In this document: positions 1-12,921 of the stretch, piece after piece | Layout: each line of letters begins with the position of its first letter | Numbering within the stretch: the stretch's first letter is position 1 | Assembly: GCA_001938485.1 (NCBI GenBank) | Contig: MQRK01217429.1 | Coordinates: forward strand, 1-59,296 | Origin: Girardia tigrina | Taxonomy: Eukaryota | DNA: 59,296 nt | Direction: 5' to 3' | Position numbers and translations under genes: made by a program | The notes under the pieces: generated by a model | Seen by the model: only the letters and a program-made list of their open reading frames with translations | The model's database searches: none | What the model was told of the DNA's origin: nothing

Positions 1-118
1 TATCGAATCGTAATCAAATTGTAATTGTACATAAATAAAAATATTTTATAAAAAAGAATCTCCTTGTTTTTAATTTATTGTTAACTCAAAAACTCTATCA
101 CTCTCTAATACACCAACA
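1..118. mobile_element. End of a large LTR (same family as 19301-20643) abutting the RT motif of the adjacent Gypsy element
   Basis: Ends ...TACACCAACA at 118. Its reverse complement (tgttggtgtattagagagtgatagagttt...) aligns by eye with 19301 (tgttggtgtatggagggtgatcgagttt...). It is directly followed by Q-D-E-I-L-I-G-G, a YxDD remnant. Confidence 0.7.
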
Positions 119-1960
119 CCAAGATGAAATTCTGATTGGTGGATTATCTCAAACTGATCACGACACTACTCTACCAATGGTCATGGATATTCTTGAGAAA
201 TACAAACTACAAGTCAATAAAGAAAAATCAGAATTCAGCAAGTCATCAGTTCACTTTCTTGGTTATATACTTTCTGCTCATGGTGTATCTCCTGATCCTC
301 ATCGTTTGGTTCAAATCAACAAACTGCACTCACCAGTTAATAGATCTCAACTGAAATCCAACATTGGTACTTTACAATCCTACTCACGTTTCACACCAGA
401 AATGAGTCAAATGGCAGCTTCTCTATTTTGTTTGCTAAGTACAAGAGTTCCTTTCAAATGGACACCAAAGGAGGAGGCTGATCTTCGATCACTTATATCC
501 AAAATAAACTTGACATCCAATCTGGTATTTTATGACATCAAGAAACCGCTCTTTCTCTTTGCTGACTCCTCATCCACGGGTTTGGGAGCTGTTCTGAGTC
601 ATGACAAAGAAAAGAAACAACTAATACATTGTTCATCACGCACTCTCTTTTCAGCTGAGAAAAATTATGCTAACATAGAACGTGAAGCGCTGGTTATTAT
701 CTTTGGCATCAAAAGATTTCATCAATTTTTAGCAGGCAGACTATTCACAATTCTAACTGACCATGCTCCACTAAAATTTATCTTAAAATTTAACTTAAAA
801 ATTAACTTCACTTAAATTAATTCACTTAAAATTTAACTTCTCCAGAAACATTCCAGAGAGAATTTCAATGAGATGGTGTTTAATTATGAAATGTTACGAT
901 TTTGACATTCAATTCATCCGTGGTGAAGAAGTTTTCCTTCCAGATCTTCTCAGCCGTATTCCCGGTAGTAAAGACAGGGATGGAAAGCAAAAAGTGGATG
1001 ACATTTTTGTTGCTCAACTGTCATTTGGAGGACAAATTTCCTATTTAAATCAAATCATCTTTTCTTAAAACGGCCATTCATTTGGTTCAACGCGGTCGAC
1101 ATCACATAATTAAGAAGAAATTTATCCAATACTCATCAAACAAACACGAATATACTGTGGTAAAGGGTTGCCTACATAGGGGACACAAAGTGGTAGTTCC
1201 ACCTTCACTTCGTCAAGCTGTTCTTCGATTCTTTCATGAATTTCATCCATGTATTATTCGCATGCGACAATTCATGCGCCAGGTGGCCAGGAATGGATGG
1301 TGATATACAAAAATTAATCAGACAGTGTGATCCATGTGCAAAGTCTCAACAATCGAGAGTAAATTACTCCCTTTCTGCGTGGCCGGAGTCAAGCAAATTC
1401 TTCCAATGTTTGTTCATCGACTTATTCTTCTTTGATGACAAGAGATTCCTTATCCTAATTGATCAGTTCTCTAACTTTGTAGATATTAATCCATTAAATC
1501 AGTTAAATTTCAATCAAATCATCAGTGCTCTACAAAATACATTCTGCTATTTTGGTGTTCCCAATATTATATAATGGAAAACAATTTGTCTCCAAGGAAT
1601 TTAAATCTTACCTTTCAAGTTGCAATATTGACTTCATGTTAACTCCAACGTACCATTCACCAATATTCTGTTTACATTAGTTTTGCATCGTCAAAAATTT
1701 CTTCCCTAGCTCAAACGGTACAATTCCCTCAACCGGATTATTTGAAACACTTTCCTAAAGTCATAATGAGGAAAGCACTACTGTCCAATAAACAGGGTAT
1801 AACGGAAGTGGCTATTCCACAAACACAAGTAGGAACGACCAAAGTTCCAATATCAGGTGGTCGACTAGCTCACAATGGGGGCGTGTTCCATGAGGAAGCC
1901 CAAAGTAGACGCGTTCGTCAACCAAACTCTCGTTACTTCAATAAAAACTCTGTAAATTAA
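119..1960 (+). mobile_element. Degenerate Gypsy/Ty3 (Mag/K02A2.6-like) pol: RT C-terminus, RNase H, integrase
   Basis: Motifs VHFLGY, ADSSSTGLGAVL, EKNYANIEREAL, FTILTDHAPL, integrase H..H...C..C and LILIDQFS, spread over frameshifted ORFs. Confidence 0.92.
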
Positions 1961-1970
1961 TTATGGGGGA

Positions 1971-2047
1971 TGTTGTGTCACATGATTAAGGACTGTTTGT
2001 TTAAATGCTTTAATAAATAATTCTATAACCTTGAACTCGATACGACA
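1971..2047 (+). repeat. 3' LTR (77 bp) preceded by a polypurine tract
   Basis: ATGGGGGA PPT, then TGTTGTGTC...GATACGACA (TG...CA, imperfect terminal inverted repeat) with an internal AATAAA. Confidence 0.75.
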
Positions 2048-2076
2048 CTAACTTTCTATATTTGTATATATATATA

Positions 2077-2843
2077 CAGTCAATCTCGCTTATCTCGAAT
2101 CGTGTGGGGCGGAAAAAAATTCGAGATAGCCGAGTTTGCAGACAATGTGATTTATTTTCTTGAAATATTCTCTATATTACATTACTGTATGTACAAAATT
2201 TTAGTATGAGACGAAGTCAATAACAAAATAGAGTTTTTTTTACTGTACTCACCCCACAACGCAAATCAAATGAAAGAATTTCGAACTGAAAACTGATGAT
2301 ACAAAATCCTCATTTCTTTTGTATGAAATTAATTAATTAGTCTTAAAAATTAATTTATAAAAAAATGTTAGGGTTTCGAAATATACATGTGAACACTTTT
2401 GATAAAATTTTATAAAGGAAAATTTTTAAAGAATTCTTTTAGTAAAATTATTAATTTCAAACAAAATAATATTTAGTTTAATAAAACTTGGAATTAAAAA
2501 TTATAAATATTTGTTTTACTTCATCAAAAATTATAAATATTTTACTCTTTGTTTATGGAAATCGGTTCGAATTTTACTGTGTTGGATTTCATATTTTTTT
2601 TATTTTTTCTTATTAGAAAAGTGGTATAAACTATTTTGATTTAGTTTTCCTTTTTGAAGCCTAAGGTTTCACTAAAATTACTATTTTTCTATCTTAAATT
2701 AGACATAAACGAGCATAACTATAATTTTAAAAAAATATTTATTCGAGATAACCGATCCAAAATATTAAGAAATATATTAAACTTTTTTGGTGACAAAATT
2801 ACCTTCGAGATAGCCGAATATTCGAGATAACCGAGTTTGACTG
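2077..2843. mobile_element. Non-autonomous Tc1/mariner (pogo/Tigger-like) MITE, TA TSD
   Basis: TIR CAGTCAATCTCGCTTATCTCGAA ... TTCGAGATAACCGAGTTTGACTG flanked by TA. Contains an LTR fragment starting at 2366. Confidence 0.85.
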
Positions 2844-3561
2844 TATATATATATATATATANNNNNNNNNNNNNNNNNNNNNNNNNNNNNNNNNNNNNNN
2901 NNNNNNNNNNNNNNNNNNNNNNNNNNNNNNNNNNNNNNNNNNNNNNNNNNNNNNNNNNNNNNNNNNNNNNNNNNNNNNNNNNNNNNNNNNNNNNNNNNNN
3001 NNNNNNNNNNNNNNNNNNNNNNNNNNNNNNNNNNNNNNNNNNNNNNNNNNNNNNNNNNNNNNNNNNNNNNNNNNNNNNNNNNNNNNNNNNNNNNNNNNNN
3101 NNNNNNNNATATATATATATATATATATATATACAGTCTAAATTCTATATCCATGGAATTTAGAAACCTGTTTTCGCAGGCTTTTTACTCAATCCATTTT
3201 CTTCAAACTTTGCACACTTACTCATTCTCGATGACAATAAATGATTATGTAAAATTTTGATCGAAAAAAACGTTTTAAGATCCACAAATGGGGAAAAACG
3301 TAAAATTCGGAGTTTCCTAACAATATTAATTGCAAGATATCTACTTAAAAATTATAAGTAGTTTATATTAATTTTTAATGTTTTTTTAATTAAAAATTTT
3401 TAAATTTTAAAAACTTTGTTGGCAAAGTAGAGTTCAGTTTGCATAAAGAATGGATATAAAAAATTTAATTTTTTGATTTACTAGTTAAGATTTTAAACAT
3501 GTTTTTTTGTTTAAAAAAGTTGGATTGACCTGTTGTAGTCGGAAATGACCTGAAGATTGTG

Positions 3562-6503
3562 CAGTCCGCCCCGGGCGGCACAACTGTTGGGGGCGGCATT
3601 TGTGAATGAGAGAAATATTATGTATAAAATAAAACGAAGAAAAATCTGACCAGAAATGCTAGACATAACAGAATGTTAAAATGAACTAATTTAATGAAAA
3701 CTGCCAATGGGCTGGAAGATTTGTTTCTTACCAGATATGCACCAATTCTTTACCGTTACATGACAATGATTTGATTTTTGTATTTCTGTTAAATACTTCC
3801 GGTTATTAGATCTTATTTGATTGTATTTTCTTACTTTGTATGTCTGTGAATTTTTGCTTAATTTCAAAAGCATGTATAAAGTATGTGGTTATAATTTTGA
3901 TTAAGCTAAAACATTTTAATCGTTAAAAAACAATTAATTGATTAATTAATCGTTGTTAATATCCGCTTTCAAAGTATTGTAATTGTTGTTCAGCAATTGT
4001 TTGTGAGAGGGAAATTGAAGCACAAGAAATGCAACAATTAATCACTCTGAAAACATACTTTGTAAGTGATTTTACGGACATTGGTCTTTGGCCAGTTAAG
4101 ATTAGCCATGAAATTCGCGCTATGCTTGTTCGTCAAGGATATACTTCTATGCAGCACCTTCATTATGAATTCAAAGAAGTACCACGACGAGGCACAAGCA
4201 CAAAAGGTGACACTAGAAAGCTAACCAAAAATAGGTGTTTTAGTGATCTACGGAACGGAGAGAAAAGTATGAGAACATGGATGGTGCATTCTCCTTCAAA
4301 GGAGGTCGTGTTCTGCTTTTGCTGCAGACTGTTTTCAGTTTGGATGTCTAGTTTTTCTGCTAGTTTTTCTTTAAGAACTGGTGGAAATTAAATCCTAAAG
4401 TTCATGAGCACGAAGTTAGCGCATCGCATGCACAGGCATTCCACAAGTGGAAGGAGCTAGAGATCCGGTTCACTAAAAGAAAGGCAATAAACAAAGTAGA
4501 GGAAGAATTAATTGAGAAGGTGATTAAGAAATGGCGAGAAATTCTAGCTAGATTACTGGACATCATCAGATTTCTCTCCTCGCAAAACCTGACACTAAGG
4601 GGTCATCGAGAAGACATTCACGAAGACGGAGACCAGGAAAATAGAGGAAACTTTTTGGAATTGGTTCATTTGTTGGTCAAGTATGACCCTGTGCTCCGTG
4701 AACATTTGGTAAAAGTTAAACTGTGAAAGAATATCGTCACTTCCTATTTGTCACCAGAGGTTCAAAATGAATTTGTGAGCACTTTAGCACAGCAGGTGAG
4801 AAAGAAAATCATAGCACAGGTCAAGAAGAGCAAGTATTTTTGCATAATTTTTGATAGCACTCCAGATATNNNNNNNNNNNNNNNNNNNNNNNNNNTTTTA
4901 CGCTACGTAAACATGGATAGAAATGAAGTGAAAGTGGAGGAGTCGTTTGTTCGATTCATCGAGACAAAGGGAAAGAGCGCAAAGGAAATTTCTGAACTGA
5001 TATTTAGACAACTGAAAAACGATGAGATTTAGATTGATGATTGCCGTGGCCAGGCATATGACAATGCTGCTGTTATGTCTGCCCATCGAACGGGTGTCCA
5101 GAAGCGCATCTTGGAAATGAACCCGAAAGCTCTATTTGTTCTATGCTCAAATCACTCCCTGAATTTGGCTTACATACATGCAGCTTCCGTTGTGGTTCTA
5201 TCTGTTACATCTTTTGGCACATTGGACCGGTTGTTCTCTTTTTTTCCTCATCTACGCATCGCTTGGATGTCCTGATTCATGAGACTGGTCTAAGTATCAA
5301 GCGGGTTGTGGAAACCAGATGGAGCACTCGAGCTGATGCTGTAAATGTGTTGGTGAAAAAATTATCACAAGTCGTGACTGCTCTGGAGAAGCTCACCAAA
5401 GAAGTAGAAAATTTAATGATAAGATCAGATGTATCTTTAATCCTATCATCAGTACTGTCATTTCTGTTTCTATCGCTTTTGAACATTTTGGATTCCATTC
5501 TACCAGAGATCAATGATGCCCAGAAGTATCTTCAAACAAAAGGGCTCAATCTGCTTCAAAGTTCTGTCAAGCTCATATCACTGAGAGATTACATTTTTGA
5601 GAATAGAGAAAAAATGGTGGACAGTGCAATGGACGAATCCAAAAAGCTCTGCTTTGAAATGGGGATAAGTATGGAGCGTCGTATTCGCAAAAAGAAAAAA
5701 AAATGGATGGCGAGGGATCGACTGATGTAGCAATGACATTTGATGCTGAGTTGAGACGGAAAATGCTATCTGTCATAAACAGGTTGATAGACGAAATATA
5801 TTCAAGATTTCAACAAGTTCATGATCTTGCGAACAGATATGCTGCTATTGCACCATCGAATATCTTTGATGATAATTACGATTGCCAACTTGGTGAAATA
5901 GAAAACGAGGTGGAGAAAGAGGAATTCTTAGCCGAAAGAAGAATACTGTAGTATTTTGTCCGACCTTCAGGAAATAACAGAATCGAAGGACCATTAGAAC
6001 TTTTGAACTTCATACATAGATATCACTTTGGAGACTCCGTCCCTAATATTATGATTTTGCTGCGCATCTTTCTTACCCGGGCTATTAGCGTTGCCAGCTG
6101 CGAACGCTCGTTTTCCAAATTAAAGCTCATTAAGAATTATCTCCGATCTACAATGAGCCAATCAAGGCTTACAGACTTGGCAGTCTTCTCTATTGAGATG
6201 GAGCTTGTTGCTGAACTGAATTTTGATACTTTTATCAATAAATTTGCAGAAATGAAAGTGCGAAAAGTTCGCTTGTAAATTGTAAATAAAATTGTAAATT
6301 TTGAAATTACTTCGTTACTTGGTAATTTTTAGTATGAGAATAAGAGTATTGCTAGAAAAATAGGAAATTAAAGTAAATATTTTGTAACTCTATTTAATTT
6401 TTAGTAAAAACAGTAATTAAGGGTTCCAAATAATGGGTTAGGGTTAGGGGAGCGGCAAATCTTAGGACCGCCCCGGGCGCCAATAACAGTTGCTACGCCA
6501 CTG
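3562..6503 (+). mobile_element. hAT DNA transposon (ZMYM1-like transposase, frameshifted; coding about 4029-6278)
   Basis: TTF-type FCFCCRLF, LRGHRE, NRGNFLEL, DSTPD, CRGQAYDNA, TRWS and the dimerization motif SVASCERSFSKLKLIKNYLRSTMSQSRL. Right TIR CTACGCCACTG; subterminal CCGCCCCGGGCG at both ends. Left TIR not seen. Confidence 0.92.
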
Positions 6504-6630
6504 TAGTGACACTTACAATTATATAACATAAAAAAAGAACATGAACTATTAAATTAAATCAAAATGCGATTTAATTTGATTAATAAAAAAAACCAAAACC
6601 AAATTAAAATCAATACTTAGAAATATATCT

Positions 6631-6685
<55 letters not shown>

Positions 6686-6806
6686 NNNNNNNNNNNNNNN
6701 NNNNNNNNNNNNNNNNNNNNNNNNNNNNNNNNNNNTATATATATATATATATAATATAAATACTAATATATTTATTTTAAAAAAAATCGGTTGTTTTAAT
6801 AAATAT

Positions 6807-7410
6807 AGTGGAAAGTCAGAAAGTTTTTTAAATAATCAGAATTCGGCAAACGGTTTGAAAATCTTGTGTTATAAATAAATTGTTATTTTTCGATATTATC
6901 ATTCACATGCTATCGCGGCTTTGTGATGAAAACTCTGAAGATCGTTCCGGCGTATGATGGGCGCAGGGATATTTCCATTTGGATCGAGCTATACCGCGAG
7001 TGCGCGGATGCGCTCAAGAAAAACAAGCTGGTGAAAAAACACTTGCACTGACGTGTGAGGCGTCAGTCGTATTCCGTTGATTCAGTGACTCGACGTAGAA
7101 AGATTTTGAGAAGAGCACAGCTGCCCTTACAGAAGCGTTCGCCCCGAGCCTGAGGTTATCATGGGTGAGTTTTGCTTCCCGACGGCTGGTGCCCGGCGAG
7201 GGCGTAGATGTTTTCATGGCCGATTTGAAGCGGTCAGTTGCTGTCATCTGTGGTAACGGAGGTAACTGGGAGGCTTTCGTGGCTCAGGCGTTCATAAATG
7301 GGCTGCCCGACGAAGCCATGAGAAGTGTGGAAGCCGAGGCGCTTGGCAAAATGTTGGCTCTGGAAACCTTGGTCCGGTTGGCTCGAGTCCATGCAAAAGC
7401 AAGACGTGTG
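6807..7410 (+). mobile_element. Truncated Gypsy 5' end: putative ~100-bp LTR plus gag (ATG 6926)
   Basis: MKTLKIVPAYDGRRDISIWIE... FASRRLVPGEGVDVFMADLKR...FINGLP resembles gag and the gag at 27334. GC-rich relative to the host. Confidence 0.7.
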
Positions 7411-8354
7411 ATAAGACTAAAAATGCGTACGAGGGATCAGACTCACAATCAAAATCACCATTCAAAGCGATCGACAAGGACAATAAAGCTCGGTTGCGCT
7501 ACGATATCTCTATTCTACAGCTATCCGAATCTAAAAAGATATTTGGCAAAGGATTCCAGTTGTTTAAGAAAAAGTTGAATGATCTAAAGGACAATACAAT
7601 TAATCAATTCCTTCAATATTTCGAAAAAGAGTGGTACACAAAACATGGTATGAAGGATTTGCGCCAGGGTTACCAAGCACAAATAATGGCTTAGAATCAA
7701 CTAATGGCGTGATAAAGAAAGATGGAACAACTTGCAAGCGTTTATCATTGGCTCGCTTTCTGGAATTAGTTGAATCTAAAATTTTCAAAGATTGGTTGAT
7801 CAATAGGAATCCGGAAAAACCAATTAGCCCGATTTTGTTTGATGAGGCGCTACCATTTAGTCACGAACTGTGACTTAAAACATACAAAATAACTCAAAGA
7901 GAAATGACAACAGTAATATCAAAAAAACAAAGAGAAGATTTATTACATGGCGTCAGGTTGAACTATTGCTACAAATTTCAAAACAGATTTAAAAGAATAT
8001 AGAAGGCTAAAAGATAAACTCAACTGGACTGATTTTGATTCGTTCAAGGACATGCAGCCGCGTTTCTGGGAACTATGTTTAATGGAAGATAAGGACAATT
8101 GGAGCTTTAGCACATGCAACTGCAGAGAATTCCAAAAAAATTATATCTGCAAACATTTATTACTGCTTGCCTATCGTTATGAATATACTTCAATACCATT
8201 GAGAGCGCAAAATATGCCATTGGGTCCAAAACAGATAGCGTGGTCACCCAGTAGAAATCACACTTGCTTTGGAAAAAATGCCTGTTCCAGTGCTAAGAAG
8301 CGCAATACAAATGAAGTGTTGCCAACTAATAATTTAAAAAAATGTAAAATATAA
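7411..8354 (+). mobile_element. MULE/Mutator transposase 3' fragment with SWIM zinc finger
   Basis: FLQYFEKEW, WYEGFAPGLPSTNNGLESTNGVIK, SWIM motif CNCREFQKNYICKH. Confidence 0.85.
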
Positions 8355-9630
8355 TTTTTATGGATAAAACTTGTTATAAAAATAAATTTAATTAATTAAA
8401 ACATCTTATCTTTTTTGCAATTTTTCTGTTGGTTTAGTTTACTTATATTCTAAATTAATTCATTTATTTTTTAATTTAATACTAATTAAATTTATCTTCT
8501 AGAATCATTTATTAATCTTCTGAATTTATTCATTTATCTACTGCGTTTATTCATACCCATTGTCATTCACAATAAACAAAGAAAAAAACTCTGGATTGAA
8601 AGTTATGGACTGATGTCCGTATAAATAAAGACATGTTATTAAAAAGAAAAATATATTTTATTAGTCCGTCTATTTTACTTCTCTAATTATTTTATTAGAT
8701 TGATGACTGATATCAACGAGAGAACCATTTGGACGTCTCCCAAAAGAAACCGTCCCATCGTGCAATTGATCGACATTCAAAGATAGTGGTTATTACGGAA
8801 ACGAGCTAATGAGTCAGAGGTCGTCACTAACTCGCCTACGCAATCTCGTATTTAGATAAAATAAATAAAAATTAGGAAAATGTAAATAATCAAATAAAGA
8901 AAATAACTGTAATTATATAATCAAACAGAGCAATAGAAAGGGGGGTCAAACAGGCAAGAATATCAGCGAATCACGAAAGAGATCGTCTCAAAATGTAAAA
9001 TGAAGGAAAAATAATAAAAATATCACGGAATCCAAAAACCTGATATTTCAAAGTCCTTGTCCGATTTCTGTATAGAGGATGGATTGATATGGTGAATCGT
9101 TGAATTGCTTCGGAAATTGGGTCTGTAATGTATCGGTTTCAATATCAAAAATGTTTCCGCACTTGAATTTGTCAGTGAAAAATTGATTCACAGACGCTTG
9201 TTCTGGTGCGGATTGTAAATTTGTCGACAATAACAAGAAAGAAAAACCACGATGTAAAAACGATAATCGTTGTTCTCTTATTCGCGAGATGTCGAAAATT
9301 GGAGTCTAATTTGGCTTTAAACCAACGGTAATTAATTCCCCGATTTGAAATTTAATTTGTGATCGTTTTATCTATCAATTGAATTCATTTTTTGCTATAA
9401 GCAATATTATAATTTTAACAATATTAATAATATTAATATTGTTAAACAATTTTTTTGGTAAACAAAAAAAATGATAAAAATAACAACACAAAAAAAACAT
9501 ACGCACACGCTCATCATTCAGGAGGAAAAGAGCATTGGCCAAAAACCGAATAATTTTTCTTTAAAAAAAATGATAAAAATGACAAAAAAATAACAAAAAG
9601 AATAAAAAAATTGAAACAATAAAAAAGAAA

Positions 9631-10055
9631 GGTGGGCAATACACTACAGTGGTAACCTCTAAAAATATCGAACCAATTACGGTGTACCACCGACAGAAGT
9701 AATTTACATTTCCAAGCATAGTTAACTGCAGCCTGTTATTTAAGCTCCGTGGCGAACTTTGAATGACCACAACACTTCGGGATGAGGAAGTGCCCCTACA
9801 ACACAACTGTTCGAAATGCGATGAGAAATTATTATGATAAAGTTTTTGATAACGTTTCTATCTAGTATTATTTGAGTTATTATTTCAAAGTACCGAATGT
9901 CAATTGGCCAAGAATGAGCCCGAGAGAAAAGTTGTGTTTTTCTGGGTTGATAGTATTCATAATTTTCGAGAAAACGAATATTCTCTTTGTGTAATTAGAT
10001 ATGGATGGCTGATAAATCAGGAGAGGCACATCCATATTGGCCACGGTTCTCTTGA
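9631..10055 (+). pseudogene. Spliced gene of unknown family with in-frame TGA (pseudogene or recoded gene); 5' end not identified
   Basis: GT-AG introns 9699-9744 (46 nt), 9809-9865 (57 nt) and 9953-9998 (46 nt) join one frame: GGQYTTVVTSKNIEPITVYHRQNSVANFE*PQHFGMRKCPYNTTYYLSYYFKVPNVNWPRMSPREKLCFSGLIIWMADKSGEAHPYWPRFS*. Intron sizes match those of PDX2. Confidence 0.6.
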
Positions 10056-10243
10056 ACCCCTCATCCTTCAGATCATGTTACAATCAACAAAATAAATTAT
10101 TTGAAAATCGTAAATTCTCTTCAAAGAAATTATTAAAATATTATAATCAATGATGACATTCAAGAAACTAAATATTATTATCGCAATATATTTCGGTAGA
10201 TGTTTTCTACCGCCTTCAGGTTTTATTAACAACAATTTTGCTG

Positions 10244-10290
<47 letters not shown>

Positions 10291-10448
10291 GCCTGTAAGA
10301 ACCCCTTGGAGGCCCACGTCAGGTAATATATGTGGCCCCCTATAAAATTTGTACGTTTTTATTGATCAAAAATTTATTTACCAAATACATAAAATAAAAA
10401 TATGACTCAAAATATCAAAACACGAAAACTAAATCTAATGAATAAAAA

Positions 10449-12921
10449 TTACAAAAGTGCTTTTCGAGCCTTCAGAGCTGCGAAAGAATTTATTAATTGG
10501 GAATAATCCGAATTTCTCGCTATATACAAATTAATATTCAGTGTTGCCATACCATTTACACGATCCTGGGGCGTTGTTAATCTCAAATAATTTTTAATTC
10601 GTTTGAGAGGGCTTAAACTTCTCTCTGCCGTCGCTACGCTTACTGGAATTGTTAAAAATATTCTAAGGACAATAGAAATATTGCGGTAAACGTTTACAAA
10701 CCCCATTTCAATAATTTCTTTTAAAAGTTCGGACAGTTTGTGCAAGCTTTTAAAATTGGATTTATATATTCTTTAAACAAATATTATTTTCTCAACAATT
10801 TCTTCGCTTATTTATTTTGTAAATTTTTTGCTGCTACAACTAGGCTCTTTTCTTCCATATCATTAAAATTCCATAGAACTTCAAATAAGTTGCATATAGA
10901 AGAAACAGCTTTAAATCTTTCCTTAAGTCCATTTAATATTGCGCCAATAATCTCGTTAAATATGTTGTGAAAATATGCTTCTGCAGATACTTTATCGTTT
11001 ATTCGGCGATTTGTTGCAAATTCTGCCACGATTTCATTATTTACTGCAATTTTTTTGACTCCGAAAGAAACAAATTTCATCCATTTTTAAATTCTTTTAT
11101 ATCTTTAATAAGTTTTTCAATATTAATTCTTTCTGTTGTCAGTGTTGCTATCTGGGTTTGGAAAATTAGATTTGTTTTATGCAATAAAACAAGAAATTTC
11201 ATCCAAATTGTAGACATCAAAACACATTCAAATGATGTAAGATATATTTTAAAGAATTAAATCTGAGTCTGAGCCTCAGCTGGGAGAATACGTAACTCAA
11301 ATTCATTCACAGCTGATAATAAGGATTTTAATAGAAGGGGAACTGGTTTAACAGCATCTATTCTTGCAGACCATCTGGTTTTAAAATGCTGTGTAAAGAA
11401 ATTCCATGAATATGTTTTTTTAAACCTTCATTTTTTTGACTGCTACAAAAAAGTTATATAAATGCTGAATAGTTCCGAAGTATGTTATTGCTTATTTTAC
11501 AAGACTCAGCTGCGTTAACTCCAACAAAATTTAAAGTATGAATGCCGCAGGTACTGAAAGTGCAATTGGAATTTTTAAGCAAAAGAAGTGCTAGTACTCC
11601 GTTATATTTTCCAGACACATTGGCCTCATTATCATATCCTTGCCCAATACAGTTTTGAAAATTCAAATTTAAATATTTTAAGAGACACAATAAGCAAGCA
11701 GCAATTTCTCTGCCAGTTTTTTCCGAAAAATTATCAAAACATATGAAGCATTCTTCAATTGAAAAATACAATTCACTTAATTTAACATAACGAATAATCA
11801 AATTTTTTTTGTTCCTTATGAGATAAATCTGCGGTTGCATCAGCAATAATAGAAAAATACATACCGTTATTAATTTCATCAATAATTTGATTTAATAATT
11901 TCTTTGAACAAATGAGTCACATGTCGATAAACTCGTCTTTAATTTTTGTTGAAAAATAATGAACTTGCAATCTATTTTTTTTCTTCTTGTGTTGCTTGAA
12001 CATTTGAAACGTGTTCTGATAATATCGTATCATATTTACTTAGAAGTTCAACTAAGCCAATAAAATTTCCATTATATGGATTCCCAATGCGCTCATTAGA
12101 TCCAAAAAAGCTAGTCTTCTCTCGGATAGAAAAAAAATTTATATCAAGAAAACGATTCAAAAGATTTTTCCAATGTGTGGTTTCATTTTCAATCGCATTT
12201 ATCAGCAAGCTGTCTAATCCACGATCAACCAAAGCAGCTTTCTGTGCATTTTAAAAAGAAATATACATTTCCCTTTGCAAAATACAGTTTTCAGAGATGG
12301 TATCCGCTCGTTAAATTTTTTCCATCCGTTTTTTATGTTATATCCAAATTTATCTGTTAAATATGAAAAAGACTTGCTGATGTTAAAAATGTAACATGAA
12401 GTGCAATAAATTTATTAGTTTTGGACACTCCAGTATATCCAGCCTCTATCACACGATTCACTATTTGTAAGTTTCCTTGAAAGTAACTGATATGAAAATC
12501 TACGGTTGGTTGCATATTTTGGAATATTTTTTGGGATTTCAAAACGAGTAATTTTCAAAAATGATTTGATTTGAGCGTGGTTATTTTTATCAAGCATTCA
12601 AATATCTCACAATAATAATGTGTCAGTATTCAAGAGATTTACTTCATTTCCAACATCCATTTGCATGTTGCTCGATTGATTATTTTCGTCTTGTAAATCC
12701 AGTGCACTAACTACATCATCTTCCATTGTGGTTACATTCTCAGTGTTCTTAACTGTAGTTTCATCCAGTTTCTCTATTTCGCTAACTGTATCCCTTACTA
12801 AACTTTTTTTTTGAATTGTGAAATTATCTTTATTACATATTACAGATCCTTCTGCTTGATTTGAGGAATACTTGTTGAAAAAATGTGAAATTATTTTTAA
12901 ATTTTTAAAAGTAGCATCCAT
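10449..12921 (-). mobile_element. Degenerate hAT transposase (ZMYM1-like)
   Basis: NGNFIGLVELLSKYD, CIGQGYDNEANVSGKYNGV, CGIHTLNFVG, PVSVATAERSLSPLKRIKNYLR; many stops and frameshifts. Confidence 0.9.

Noticed and set aside
2777-3163. ORFs spanning N-runs and (TA)n (also 14510, 19997, 20033, 36093)
   Set aside because: Artefacts of gaps and microsatellites (poly-X, YIYI).
9048-9300. Minus-strand ORF with a hydrophobic segment
   Set aside because: No recognisable motif, no ATG start and no consistent splice model; may be a pseudogene relic.
9764-9766. Genome-wide UGA reassignment
   Set aside because: LRRC58 terminates with TGA at its conserved C-terminus, and Trp is encoded by TGG in PDX2.
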